A DNA stretch of 64,000 nucleotides from a virus, in IMG/VR virus record IMGVR_UViG_3300025122_005335, positions 16,051-80,050 of that record, one strand, 5' to 3'. The translations under genes and the position numbers were made by a program. A model generated the notes under the pieces. It searched no databases. It was not told the origin of the DNA and saw nothing but the letters and a program-made list of their open reading frames with translations. Below are positions 8,793-18,027 of the stretch, piece by piece (positions within the stretch are counted from its first letter, which is position 1; the number at the start of each line of letters is the position of its first letter).

Positions 8793-9826
8793 TTTATTTG
8801 AGACATCAGAACTTTACCCTTCAATCCTGAATGCGAGTGTTCGTCAATAAAGGTTGTAGGGATTTGATTTGTTTTAAGCCCCATTGCAATATCATTAAAA
8901 TCTTTATATTTTGTACCTAATTTTTTTGGCCAAATGAACACTTTATGTCCTTGATCTAATAAAATCGAAGTTTTGTTTTTTGCAGCTTGATCTTTCCATT
9001 GCGAATCTAACACTATTATTTTTTTGTGTAATGGAAATGCTTTGAGTTGGTTATGTTGAAGTTTTGTATACAAACTATCACTATTTTCAGTGATACCAGC
9101 TACTGCTACACCGTTAGAAACAAAGCATGCATCAATAGGGCCTTCAAAAATATAAATTGTGTCTTCTTTATCTGTTACCTGGTTAATATTAAAAATACTT
9201 TTTTCGCTTCTTATTTTAGATAGATATTTTGGGCTGTAAGAATGGTCTGTAAAAATTAATGTTCTTGTTTGATAATGAATTATTTTGTTGTTTGTATCAT
9301 AGAACGGTACAACTAATCTATTTTTGTGTGTTTTATCTTTTAAAGAAATATATAAAGCTTTTGGTTTGTTTATTGCTGTATCTAATTTTCGATTATTGAT
9401 ATAGTGCAATGCTTGCTTTATAATATTATTTCCTTTGTAATATTCGATTTGATTTTCGTCAAATAAATTAATACTATCTTCAGGTAATTTTTGTTTTAAT
9501 ATTTTTTCTACAAAAGTGTTTATTTGCTGTTCTTGATTAATATCTTTTGGTAATATATCAAATTCTTTACTTTCTTCTAATAATTTTTCATATGTTTCTC
9601 CAGATACCTCAATTATCCAATTTAAAGGACTTGAATGCCACCCACAATTGTGACAATGAAAATAGTTATCTTTTACTACGTAAAATAATCGTCGTTTTCT
9701 TCCCCAAGATTTACCTTCTCTACATACCGGGCAACCACCTTGATAGGTTTTAGCTAGTCTATTATACTTAGGTCTCCCTGCATATTGATAAAATTTTTGT
9801 ACTATATATGCCTCTGGTAACACCAT
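8789..9826 (-). CDS. DNA primase (T4 gp61-like)
   Basis: zinc domain CPVCRE...FHCHNCG; TOPRIM IFEGPIDACF, LDSQ, KDFND. Confidence 0.95.
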   Translation of the reverse strand: MVLPEAYIVQKFYQYAGRPKYNRLAKTYQGGCPVCREGKSWGRKRRLFYVVKDNYFHCHNCGWHSSPLNWIIEVSGETYEKLLEESKEFDILPKDINQEQQINTFVEKILKQKLPEDSINLFDENQIEYYKGNNIIKQALHYINNRKLDTAINKPKALYISLKDKTHKNRLVVPFYDTNNKIIHYQTRTLIFTDHSYSPKYLSKIRSEKSIFNINQVTDKEDTIYIFEGPIDACFVSNGVAVAGITENSDSLYTKLQHNQLKAFPLHKKIIVLDSQWKDQAAKNKTSILLDQGHKVFIWPKKLGTKYKDFNDIAMGLKTNQIPTTFIDEHSHSGLKGKVLMSQIN

Positions 9827-9843
9827 ACCAAAGATATTATATA

Positions 9844-10050
9844 TTACTTCTGCACGTCTTCAATGGAAACAATTCCTTTTCTTATAAATGCACCACTTGC
9901 TGGGTCAATCCAATGAGCTTCTGTATAAATTTTACCGCCTCTTTCTATTTTATGAATACGAGGAAAACACGACTCACCAGATATTGGGCTAGCGATTGGA
10001 ACTGCTCTAACCATTTGCATATTGTTAATGTTGTTATTCTGTTGTAGCAT
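9844..10050 (-). CDS. hypothetical small protein
   Basis: ORF overlapping the RNase H stop; TAAATA upstream within rnh. Confidence 0.55.
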   Translation of the reverse strand: MLQQNNNINNMQMVRAVPIASPISGESCFPRIHKIERGGKIYTEAHWIDPASGAFIRKGIVSIEDVQK

Positions 10051-10975
10051 ATCTGTTGTTTATATATTTATTATTTAATAGATTGACTTTATCTACAAGT
10101 TCTTGGATAATATCAGTTGAAAAGAATGAGTTAACCCATTTGTCTCTATTTGTTACTATACCGTCGATTCCCAATTCACAACACCTATTAAAGAATTTGG
10201 TTGAATCTTTTTTTGGCATACCCTGTTGTAATTGTTCCTTGTATGAAATTTCTTCTTCTTTATAGTATCTCCACCCATATTGTAGATCCATCATGTCATG
10301 ATTGTGTTCGTAGACTTTAAAGTTTTCTTTTGTTAAAATTTGATCCCAATGTGGTGTCTTGTTGTATTTTTCCAATAACTTTATCGCTCTTTTATGACCT
10401 ATTTTTGGTAATCCTTTTATATTATCACTGTTATCACCAATAATAGATTTGTAATCTAAAAAGTTTTGAAGAGATACCCCTTTAGTGAAGTTCTCAAAGT
10501 TTTCTTTTGTTATTGCTGCTTTTTGGATAGGGTTAAAAACCAGAGTATCCTGATCGATAAGTTGATACAAATCTTTGTCTACTGTAATAATTTGTTTCTT
10601 TCCATGTAACACTTCTGTTAACCAACTTATAACGTCATCAGCTTCTAACCTATATGGGTATATACTCTTTATTCCTAAGTGATCCATTAATTCTCTCAAC
10701 GTTTCATCATTTTTGTGAGCTTCTTTAGCTACTTCACCGTCTCTATTGCTCTTATAGTTTCCTTTTGATGTGGTTTTTCTGAAATTAGATGAAGGATATA
10801 GGAGTTTTTTATCCCATGCTGCATATATATGATCAGGTTTAAATTTATCTACATAAGATTTGACTGATCTTAAAAACATTAAGGTGGCCATATTAATATT
10901 ACCGTCTTTTATGTTTTTGTTTACCCAGAAAATTCTATAGAGTAAATTATTTGCGTCTAGAATAAGATTTTTCAT
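10034..10975 (-). CDS. rnh: 5'-3' exonuclease / T4 RNase H (FEN family)
   Basis: LILDANN, YKSNR, LEADDVI, TVDKDLYQL, GDNSDNIKG...IGHKRA. Confidence 0.93.
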   Translation of the reverse strand: MKNLILDANNLLYRIFWVNKNIKDGNINMATLMFLRSVKSYVDKFKPDHIYAAWDKKLLYPSSNFRKTTSKGNYKSNRDGEVAKEAHKNDETLRELMDHLGIKSIYPYRLEADDVISWLTEVLHGKKQIITVDKDLYQLIDQDTLVFNPIQKAAITKENFENFTKGVSLQNFLDYKSIIGDNSDNIKGLPKIGHKRAIKLLEKYNKTPHWDQILTKENFKVYEHNHDMMDLQYGWRYYKEEEISYKEQLQQGMPKKDSTKFFNRCCELGIDGIVTNRDKWVNSFFSTDIIQELVDKVNLLNNKYINNRYATTE

Positions 10976-11168
10976 TCTTTTTACCCTTTCTATTATTAGA
11001 TTTGTTGTTACCCTTATCAGAAAGTATAAAAAGTCTTTCTTTTACCGCTTTTTTCACCTTAGTTTTAGTGTTCGTAGAAGCAAATTCATACTTCGCAAAT
11101 TTTTCAACTAATGTATCGATTTCTTTTTCGTTTTTTGCTTTGAGGATCGTGTCTCTTAACGAATTCAT
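10947..11168 (-). CDS. hypothetical basic protein
   Basis: ATG at 11168 lies 6 nt after a perfect TTGACA-N16-TATAAT promoter. Confidence 0.6.
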   Translation of the reverse strand: MNSLRDTILKAKNEKEIDTLVEKFAKYEFASTNTKTKVKKAVKERLFILSDKGNNKSNNRKGKKNEKSYSRRK

Positions 11169-11174
11169 ACCCAA

Positions 11175-11202
11175 ATTATAGAGTATCTATATAGGATGTC
11201 AA
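11175..11202 (-). promoter_or_regulatory. early promoter TTGACA-N16-TATAAT
   Basis: perfect sigma70 hexamers with 16 nt spacer. Confidence 0.85.
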
Positions 11203-11211
11203 CTAACTTTG

Positions 11212-11484
11212 TTAATTTGTTGCTTCATATTGAGCTTTAATAACGTTATATACAGCTTTGGGTAGAACTTCTACAAAGTCTACTATTCCTTCTTTTAGAC
11301 CGCTTTCAAAATCGTTTTTAGGTACTTCTATTTTTTGATTATGGGGTATTGTTAAAAATATATGTTTTTCGGGGGTAGTAAGTATATAAGCGCAAAAATG
11401 ACCAGCATAATCACCATTTTTTATAGCATATAAATATCTAGGTTTGGGTTTTTTGGTATTTCTTATAATATTCGATAATTTCAT
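11212..11484 (-). CDS. hypothetical protein
   Basis: ORF overlapping the end of rmlB; start uncertain (11502 in the ORF track). Confidence 0.55.
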   Translation of the reverse strand: MKLSNIIRNTKKPKPRYLYAIKNGDYAGHFCAYILTTPEKHIFLTIPHNQKIEVPKNDFESGLKEGIVDFVEVLPKAVYNVIKAQYEATN

Positions 11485-12379
11485 TCCATTCATTCCTATC
11501 ATTTATACTTCTTTTTGCAGAAAACCCTAAGTCTTTTATTTTATTAAAATTTAATGCATATCTATAATCATGACCAGGTCTATCAGTAATGTATTTAATT
11601 TTAGCAGAAGTATCCGTATATTTAGCAATCATTTTTGCTATTTCATTGTTTGATATTTCTTCTCCTGTCCCGATATTGTAAACTTCTCCTGACTTTCCCT
11701 TTTCAGAAACTAATATAATACCTTCAGCATGATCTTCTGCATGTATCCATTCACGTACATTATTACCGTCACCGTAAATTGAAATTTCTTTATCGTTTAT
11801 TGCTGAAAAAATAGATTTTGGTAGTAACTTCTCTGCATGTTGACCTATTCCAAAATTATTACAACAACGGGTAACTCGAATATCCATTCCATATGTCTTA
11901 CAAAATGACAATGCAATCAAATCTGAGCTAGCTTTTGAAGCTGAATAGGGTGAATTTGGTTTTAAAGGTTCATTTTCGTCCCAACTTTCAAGATTACCCG
12001 TTAATGCACCGTATACTTCATCGGTGGATACATGAACTACTGGCTTGTTATATTGTTTTGCTAAGTTCAATACGTTCATTGTACCTATTATATTGGTATG
12101 GGCAAATATATTAGGGTCTGAAATGCTATTATCTACGTGAGATTCAGCTGCTAAGTGAAATATTTTGTCAAATTTATGAATTCTGAAGACACTTCCTAAC
12201 ATTTTCTCATCTAATATGTCACCCTTTATATTCCAGGTGTTTGGAACTGACTTTTTATCTACATACTCACACGCGTATGTTTGTTTGTCATAAACAATTG
12301 AATTATATCCTCTTTTTTTGAGGCTTCTTATTAGGTGACCACCAATAAACCCATAACCACCTGTAACTAAAACATTCAT
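11438..12379 (-). CDS. rmlB: dTDP-glucose 4,6-dehydratase
   Basis: TGGYGFIG, HLAAESHVD, HVSTDEVYG, PNSPYSASKA, NVREWIH, DRPGHDYRYA. Confidence 0.93.
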   Translation of the reverse strand: MNVLVTGGYGFIGGHLIRSLKKRGYNSIVYDKQTYACEYVDKKSVPNTWNIKGDILDEKMLGSVFRIHKFDKIFHLAAESHVDNSISDPNIFAHTNIIGTMNVLNLAKQYNKPVVHVSTDEVYGALTGNLESWDENEPLKPNSPYSASKASSDLIALSFCKTYGMDIRVTRCCNNFGIGQHAEKLLPKSIFSAINDKEISIYGDGNNVREWIHAEDHAEGIILVSEKGKSGEVYNIGTGEEISNNEIAKMIAKYTDTSAKIKYITDRPGHDYRYALNFNKIKDLGFSAKRSINDRNEWNEIIEYYKKYQKTQT

Positions 12380-13389
12380 ATATCTTTATCACCTAATTGA
12401 ATAATGCTTTCTTCTTGTCCTTTTTTATCTGCTATGTAACTTTTAACGGTTTTATCTAAAAATTCTTTATCAACAGTTGTAAATTTGTGTAAGTTCAAAT
12501 CAGAAGCTATCTTATTTGACAAAATACAATTACTTCTTTTAGCTACTGTAATATTTTCTTTATAAAATTGTTCTTCAGAATAAAAAGTAATGTCATGTAA
12601 CTTCCAATCCTTAGGTAACAGATTATTTTCGATTAATTGTTCTTTATTGTCATCAAAAACTTCAAATAACTCTTTGGAACTAAAAGTACCGCTACTTACT
12701 ACGTTGTATATACCAAATGGTGGCGGTTGAATCAACATATTATAGACAAAATTGAACAAATCATACAAATATGTTAAACTATTTGGTTCAGTTAAGATTT
12801 TTTTATAGCCTAACATTTTTGAAATAACGTTTTTTGGGTGATATATTTCACCAAAAGGCATTCTTATACGCAAATTATAACAATTAAAGCTACTTGTTAA
12901 GCTTAATTCACCGGCATGTTTTGTTTTACTGTACCAAGATGAATCTGGTTCAAATAATCCAAAATTTGGTACAACTTCTTCATCATATCCAGATTTATCA
13001 TCATTATACCCCGTAAAAATACAACCCGAAGAAATATTAACAAATGAAGGTATATTATTTGCTTGAGCTGCTGAAGCTAACGTTGTAGGTAGTACTGAAT
13101 TTAAAAGCCACACTAGTTCTTTTTCTTTTTCTGCATCATCAACGTTTTTTTCTCCTGTATAACCAGAACAATTAATAATAGCATCAAAAGATGTGCCTTC
13201 GCTGTTATAATTAGTTAAAAAATCTAAGAATAAATTATAATCTCTATAATTTATTTGTTCGCTAGAAATTGCATGTACTTCAAAATTTTCGTCTGCAGCT
13301 AAAAAATTACTAAGTTGGGATCCAATAAATCCCTTTCCTACAATTAGTACTTTTGTAATCGGTGAATTTAATTCGGAATTTTCGCTCAT
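12376..13389 (-). CDS. RmlD-like NAD-dependent sugar epimerase/reductase
   Basis: VGKGFIG, INCSGYTG..NVD, ISSGCIF, YSKTK, LRIRMPF. Confidence 0.8.
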   Translation of the reverse strand: MSENSELNSPITKVLIVGKGFIGSQLSNFLAADENFEVHAISSEQINYRDYNLFLDFLTNYNSEGTSFDAIINCSGYTGEKNVDDAEKEKELVWLLNSVLPTTLASAAQANNIPSFVNISSGCIFTGYNDDKSGYDEEVVPNFGLFEPDSSWYSKTKHAGELSLTSSFNCYNLRIRMPFGEIYHPKNVISKMLGYKKILTEPNSLTYLYDLFNFVYNMLIQPPPFGIYNVVSSGTFSSKELFEVFDDNKEQLIENNLLPKDWKLHDITFYSEEQFYKENITVAKRSNCILSNKIASDLNLHKFTTVDKEFLDKTVKSYIADKKGQEESIIQLGDKDI

Positions 13390-13430
13390 AAAGATATTTT
13401 AATATTAATCCTATTGAGTTCCACCTGATA

Positions 13431-14189
13431 TTACCAGTATGTGATATTTAAATGGTTTGCTATACCGTATATTGTAGTATGAACAGGTTTGTCTATTACT
13501 TTTCTTATATGTTCTAAGTGAGGAGAGCTAGTTTCTTCACTTGCTACAATATATCCATGTTGGCCTTTAGTAAAAACATTGTCGATATACCATTTTCTTA
13601 CATTGACGTTTAATTCATCCCAAGCAAAAGCAGAAATTACTAAATCATATTTGTCTTTTACTTCATCATCAACAGAAATATTATAATTACCTAGATATTT
13701 TTTAACTAATTTAATTACATTTGGGTGATCGTAGTCATAATATGATTTTATATCGCAATATTGACTTAATAATAAGAGCAACCCACCGTACCCTCCTCCG
13801 ATTTCAACAATACTTGTTGGTTTGCAATTTGATAATATGTCACCCACTTGTTTTAAATAGCGAAGCGTTGATGGATCAATTGAAATCTTTTCATTATTGT
13901 TTCTATTAAAAAAATTTCCTTTAAATTTACGAGATGAGCTAATAAATTCATCCCCTCCCAGCTTATCATTAATTAGATAACGGTTATCTTTTAATAATTC
14001 AGGATAATGTGTTTCTATATGACGTAAATATAAAGAACCCCTTTGTTTATCGACGTGACTTAAAATTGTTGTGTATTCACCTGAAATTTTAAATCTAGAA
14101 AACACTTTTTCATTTTCTGAAGCTTGTTTACATATGTCGTAATACAGTTTTGCTTCTCGTTCTTCTACTACCCAAACACGGTTACCCAT
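13431..14189 (-). CDS. putative sugar O-methyltransferase (class I SAM)
   Basis: STLRYLK, IVEIGGGYG, YDLVISAFAWDEL. Confidence 0.75.
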   Translation of the reverse strand: MGNRVWVVEEREAKLYYDICKQASENEKVFSRFKISGEYTTILSHVDKQRGSLYLRHIETHYPELLKDNRYLINDKLGGDEFISSSRKFKGNFFNRNNNEKISIDPSTLRYLKQVGDILSNCKPTSIVEIGGGYGGLLLLLSQYCDIKSYYDYDHPNVIKLVKKYLGNYNISVDDEVKDKYDLVISAFAWDELNVNVRKWYIDNVFTKGQHGYIVASEETSSPHLEHIRKVIDKPVHTTIYGIANHLNITYW

Positions 14190-14203
14190 AAACGTATTAT
14201 ATA

Positions 14204-14548
14204 TTATTCTAAGCTAGGTCCACCCATGGGACCAAACTGACTCATAACCACTTTGTGTAACAAGTTGCATAAAGCATCATGTTGCATGTTATTAGTATGA
14301 ATCATCTTTACTACACCGTTTCCATTTATATCATAACCAAGCATAATACAACAATCCATATATTCTTTTAATATCCTATCGAGTTCTTTGTGATTAGAAA
14401 GCTTTCTTTGGTTTTCTGCTGTAAATTTTCTACTTACTAATGTTTCAAATGCTTGCTTAATTTCTTTTTCAGAAAGGTCTTCTAGGGCCTTCTGCTTAGG
14501 TGCCGGTGTTGGTGACGGTGGCGTACCATTATCTTGTTTTGTGCTCAT
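14204..14548 (-). CDS. hypothetical protein
   Basis: ORF in operon. Confidence 0.6.
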   Translation of the reverse strand: MSTKQDNGTPPSPTPAPKQKALEDLSEKEIKQAFETLVSRKFTAENQRKLSNHKELDRILKEYMDCCIMLGYDINGNGVVKMIHTNNMQHDALCNLLHKVVMSQFGPMGGPSLE

Positions 14549-14879
14549 TTTTCTTTTTATAGTAAGGTGATAACTTGTTATTATTATTTACGCCCCAACT
14601 AACAATTAATTGTTCAATTACGGATTCCATCGATGGTGTATATAATTTAAAATTAGTAGGTATATTAATTCCACCATCGCTAAATTCAAAAACAGTATCA
14701 AAATCACTGTCGTAATTACTGTAACACGTACAAAAAATAGATTCTTCTCCGGGATTTATTAAAATTACCCATCTTCTTTTATCGTTTTTATCAAAATCGT
14801 TAAAAACGTCTAGTATGATAAACCCGTTGTCTCTTAATCTTTTTTTAAAGTAACCACATGTTTTAAGTTTATTTTTCAT
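14529..14879 (-). CDS. hypothetical protein
   Basis: ORF abutting the sliding clamp gene. Confidence 0.65.
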   Translation of the reverse strand: MKNKLKTCGYFKKRLRDNGFIILDVFNDFDKNDKRRWVILINPGEESIFCTCYSNYDSDFDTVFEFSDGGINIPTNFKLYTPSMESVIEQLIVSWGVNNNNKLSPYYKKKNEHKTR

Positions 14880-15599
14880 CTATACTTGAAGCCCAGGGAC
14901 GATATATTTTAACATTACATTATCACTTGACACTTCAAAAGTACTTAGTCCTTGTTCTGTATTAATCCTTACTATAATTTCATTTTGATTTGTACTAGCT
15001 AACAAACGAACAATATCAAAATGTATCGGGAAGCTAAGATTGTCTGCATCTGTTTCATCACAAACTTTTATTGAATAACTATCGACAGAAGAATTAGACC
15101 TGTCTGTAATTTCAGCAAATATTTCTCCGTTGTCAATATTAAAATATAATTTTTCCGACTCAGCTACAAAAGCAGCTCCTTTAGCTAGTTCGCTAATTTT
15201 AGACGAATTAATTTTAAATTCGATATTAAATGGTAGATTTAAAATCTTTTGTACACTTAATTTTGGAGCTTGAATAATATTATCATCTAAAAAATGATAT
15301 TTAAATCGCAATTGCTTATCCTTATATGATATACAATTTTCTTTATATTGTAATTTTACTTCACTTAGTTCAATAAATGATAAAATCTTTTCTAATTTTC
15401 TTACGTTAGGTATATTTAAAATTAAATTGTTTTCTACTTCCAAATTATATGATGCATATACTATCAACCCTTGCTCATTGTTTGTAATGCACTCTAGTTT
15501 ATTGTTTTTACTTTTAATAATAATAGCTTCAGTCAATGCACTTATCGGACGCAAATAATCTGTAACAAATTGATTTTTATTTTTGATGTTTATGATCAT
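14880..15599 (-). CDS. DNA polymerase sliding clamp (gp45-like)
   Basis: 239 aa with beta-alpha-beta periodicity of PCNA/gp45 clamps; replication context. Confidence 0.75.
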   Translation of the reverse strand: MIINIKNKNQFVTDYLRPISALTEAIIIKSKNNKLECITNNEQGLIVYASYNLEVENNLILNIPNVRKLEKILSFIELSEVKLQYKENCISYKDKQLRFKYHFLDDNIIQAPKLSVQKILNLPFNIEFKINSSKISELAKGAAFVAESEKLYFNIDNGEIFAEITDRSNSSVDSYSIKVCDETDADNLSFPIHFDIVRLLASTNQNEIIVRINTEQGLSTFEVSSDNVMLKYIVPGLQV

Positions 15600-15604
15600 A
15601 CCTA

Positions 15605-15632
15605 ATTATAGATACTCCTTTAAGAAGAACAA
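15605..15632 (-). promoter_or_regulatory. early promoter TTGTTC-N16-TATAAT
   Basis: 5 nt upstream of ATG 15599. Confidence 0.65.
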
Positions 15633-15633
15633 C

Positions 15634-16119
15634 TTACTTTTTTTCTTGCAAAAGATTTGCAATTTTATTTACTTTAGCTTCTATGTCAGATAATCTGTTA
15701 AAAATATCTTGTGCAGTAGCAGAATTATCAAAATTAAATTCAAATTGATTTGGATCGTGTTGGGTGGTTTCAGCCACGGGTTGAGGTTGGTGTTGTTGGT
15801 GGGGTTGACCCATTTGGGGTTGCATTTGAGGATTACCCACCAAGTTTAGAATATCTCTATCCATCACCTCTTTGTTTATTTGTTTTGCTTTTAACCCTGA
15901 AGACTGTTCAATAATATTTGAGTTTACTTCATTAAGTTCATTATGCATTGCACCGAACATACCCCTAATGGCCATTGCATCCTCCATAGGATTACCCTGA
16001 GAGCTTTCGCTCTCAGGGTTATAATTTGGATCCAACCCAGCGCTATAATTTACATCTGTACGTTTCGGTTGAGCGTGCGGATCCGGACCTTGTCCTACAG
16101 GCTGTTGGGGTTGTTCCAT
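15634..16119 (-). CDS. Q/P-rich disordered protein with C-terminal coiled coil
   Basis: PQMQPQMGQPHQQHQPQP; DPNQFEFNF; IFNRLSDIEAKVNKIANLL; coupled to gp32. Confidence 0.65.
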   Translation of the reverse strand: MEQPQQPVGQGPDPHAQPKRTDVNYSAGLDPNYNPESESSQGNPMEDAMAIRGMFGAMHNELNEVNSNIIEQSSGLKAKQINKEVMDRDILNLVGNPQMQPQMGQPHQQHQPQPVAETTQHDPNQFEFNFDNSATAQDIFNRLSDIEAKVNKIANLLQEKK

Positions 16120-16976
16120 TATTCGATATTGTCTAAGCTATTCAACAAACTTGCAATATCATCGTCGTCCTCGTCACCGTCATCATCTCCGGTTTTGTCA
16201 GCCGGCTTATCGGGTTCTGGTGCCGTCTCAAGAACTTTTGTTGATGTTTGTTGGGTATTAGCACTTTCATCAGTACTTATACAGAAGAAATGTTCGTTCA
16301 ACAATTCTTTTAGTTCATCATAGCTCTTTACTGTAAAGACTGTTTCAAGGTCTGTCATGGCTTCATACAGTTCTTTTGCCTTTTTAGTGTCAACACCTTC
16401 AACTGCCTTAGGCATCCCAAATTTAGATGATACATATGTTGGGAAATCACCTTGCTTTTCAACTTTGATACGAAAGTCGACACCATTTTTACTTAAATCA
16501 AAGATACGAGGACCTAACTCTTCGGCCTCCTCACCTTGCATAGCTTCCATGACGACTTTATGTAACTGTCTTCCAAAGCGCAACAACTTAATTGTGCCAT
16601 TATTGTCAGGGTTAACTGGGTCATTAATGACATAAACGTTAACTAACCAATTTTCACGCCGTAAAATTGATTTAGCCTTCTCTTTTTCTTCTAGAGTACC
16701 TGTCTTAGTGATGCGATAACGTGTTTCACCAATAGGATCACGTTCACCCCACGTTTGAGGACTGATTTGATTAATGTATTGGCCTGTAGCAAATGAAGTC
16801 CACCCATGTGTATAGTAATGGAAAAATGTTTTGCTTGGGTCTTTTATGTTAGGCAACAAACGCACTGTGTACGTATTACCAACTTCTGTACGCAAAAACT
16901 GAGAACGATTGGAATTCCCTCCGTCCTTAGTCATTTCGGTTTTTATGCTTTCAAATAATGATTTAATATCTGTCAT
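16119..16976 (-). CDS. single-stranded DNA-binding protein (T4 gp32-like)
   Basis: YTVRLLP, YYTHGW, NVYVINDPVNPDNNG, IFDLS..GVDFRIKV, YVSSKF, acidic tail DDDIASLL. Confidence 0.92.
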   Translation of the reverse strand: MTDIKSLFESIKTEMTKDGGNSNRSQFLRTEVGNTYTVRLLPNIKDPSKTFFHYYTHGWTSFATGQYINQISPQTWGERDPIGETRYRITKTGTLEEKEKAKSILRRENWLVNVYVINDPVNPDNNGTIKLLRFGRQLHKVVMEAMQGEEAEELGPRIFDLSKNGVDFRIKVEKQGDFPTYVSSKFGMPKAVEGVDTKKAKELYEAMTDLETVFTVKSYDELKELLNEHFFCISTDESANTQQTSTKVLETAPEPDKPADKTGDDDGDEDDDDIASLLNSLDNIE

Positions 16977-17041
16977 TTTAATTTTTATTAGTTATTTTTA
17001 ATTTTTGTTCGTATGGTAACACTGTTACCGTTACTTCCATT

Positions 17042-17069
17042 ATTATATATTATCCGACAATAGAATCAA
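17042..17069 (-). promoter_or_regulatory. early promoter TTGATT-N16-TATAAT for gp32, giving a ~60 nt leader
   Basis: hexamers at 17064-17069 and 17042-17047. Confidence 0.7.
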
Positions 17070-17712
17070 CTTTATTTTTACAGTGATTTACCACTTTTTC
17101 AAAAAATAATTTGGTTTCTTTCTTTTTATTGTAGAATTTTACTCGATGCTGACTAATATCTGCTATAACATCTTTGAGCATGAAATTTAATATATCTTTG
17201 TCATGGCTTTTTAGTTGTTTTTCGAAATTCTCGTACATAAACAGTAGATATATGGAAACATTTCCGGATTTAAGGTGAGAACAGAATATATTCAGGTTAT
17301 CTGTGGGGTTTTCCTTATATGAAACGTAATTATGGAACGTAATCTTGTTTTCTATGCAATATCGGGTTATAAACAATGCGGATTCTTGAAAGAACTGTTT
17401 TGTTTCTTGGGAATTTATATCTTGCTTGTTAAGCTTATTGATATAATCGAAATATAGCTTACATGCCTTTAAAGATGTATAAAATTTTAGATCTAAACTT
17501 GGTTTGTCGGTGTATACTTCATAAGGTGCCTTAAAAAACGTCTCTACGTTTATGTGATTATGCTTATTAAAAAACTGAGCAAGTTTTTTGCAAAACATTT
17601 GTTTGTCTTCAGTAAGATTTTCGAAATTGTTCCTAAATTTGTATGGTTTATTTTGTATTACTCTAGAAACTTTAAGGTGTATATTGTAAATTAGCTTTTC
17701 AAATTCAGTCAC
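17050..17712 (-). CDS. helicase loader (T4 gp59-like)
   Basis: 220 aa, basic and helical, directly upstream of gp32 as in T4; HLKSGNVSIY segment. Confidence 0.55.
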   Translation of the reverse strand: MTEFEKLIYNIHLKVSRVIQNKPYKFRNNFENLTEDKQMFCKKLAQFFNKHNHINVETFFKAPYEVYTDKPSLDLKFYTSLKACKLYFDYINKLNKQDINSQETKQFFQESALFITRYCIENKITFHNYVSYKENPTDNLNIFCSHLKSGNVSIYLLFMYENFEKQLKSHDKDILNFMLKDVIADISQHRVKFYNKKKETKLFFEKVVNHCKNKVDSIVG

Positions 17713-17733
17713 CTACTCATTATAACACATTTC

Positions 17734-18027
17734 TCACATAATCAATTTCTTTTTGTTGCTGTTTATGTATTTCATAATGTATTTACTTTTATGAAGTGAC
17801 GGATCATAGTGTAAAAACAGCCGTACCATTTCAAAATCAGTGTCAACGTCTATTATTTCCTTAAACAACGTACGTAATTTAGAGTCTTTTAATAAAAGAA
17901 TAAAGATATTGGGTAAATTTACTTTTTTGTTGTTAATTATGGAAATAAAAGAACAGAACCCCATAAAAGCATGGGCCGTTTCTTTACTTCTTGTCGATTC
18001 TACGGGATTGTGGTCTTCGTTTTTCAT
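17734..18027 (-). CDS. hypothetical protein
   Basis: ORF coupled to the DHH gene. Confidence 0.6.
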   Translation of the reverse strand: MKNEDHNPVESTRSKETAHAFMGFCSFISIINNKKVNLPNIFILLLKDSKLRTLFKEIIDVDTDFEMVRLFLHYDPSLHKSKYIMKYINSNKKKLIM

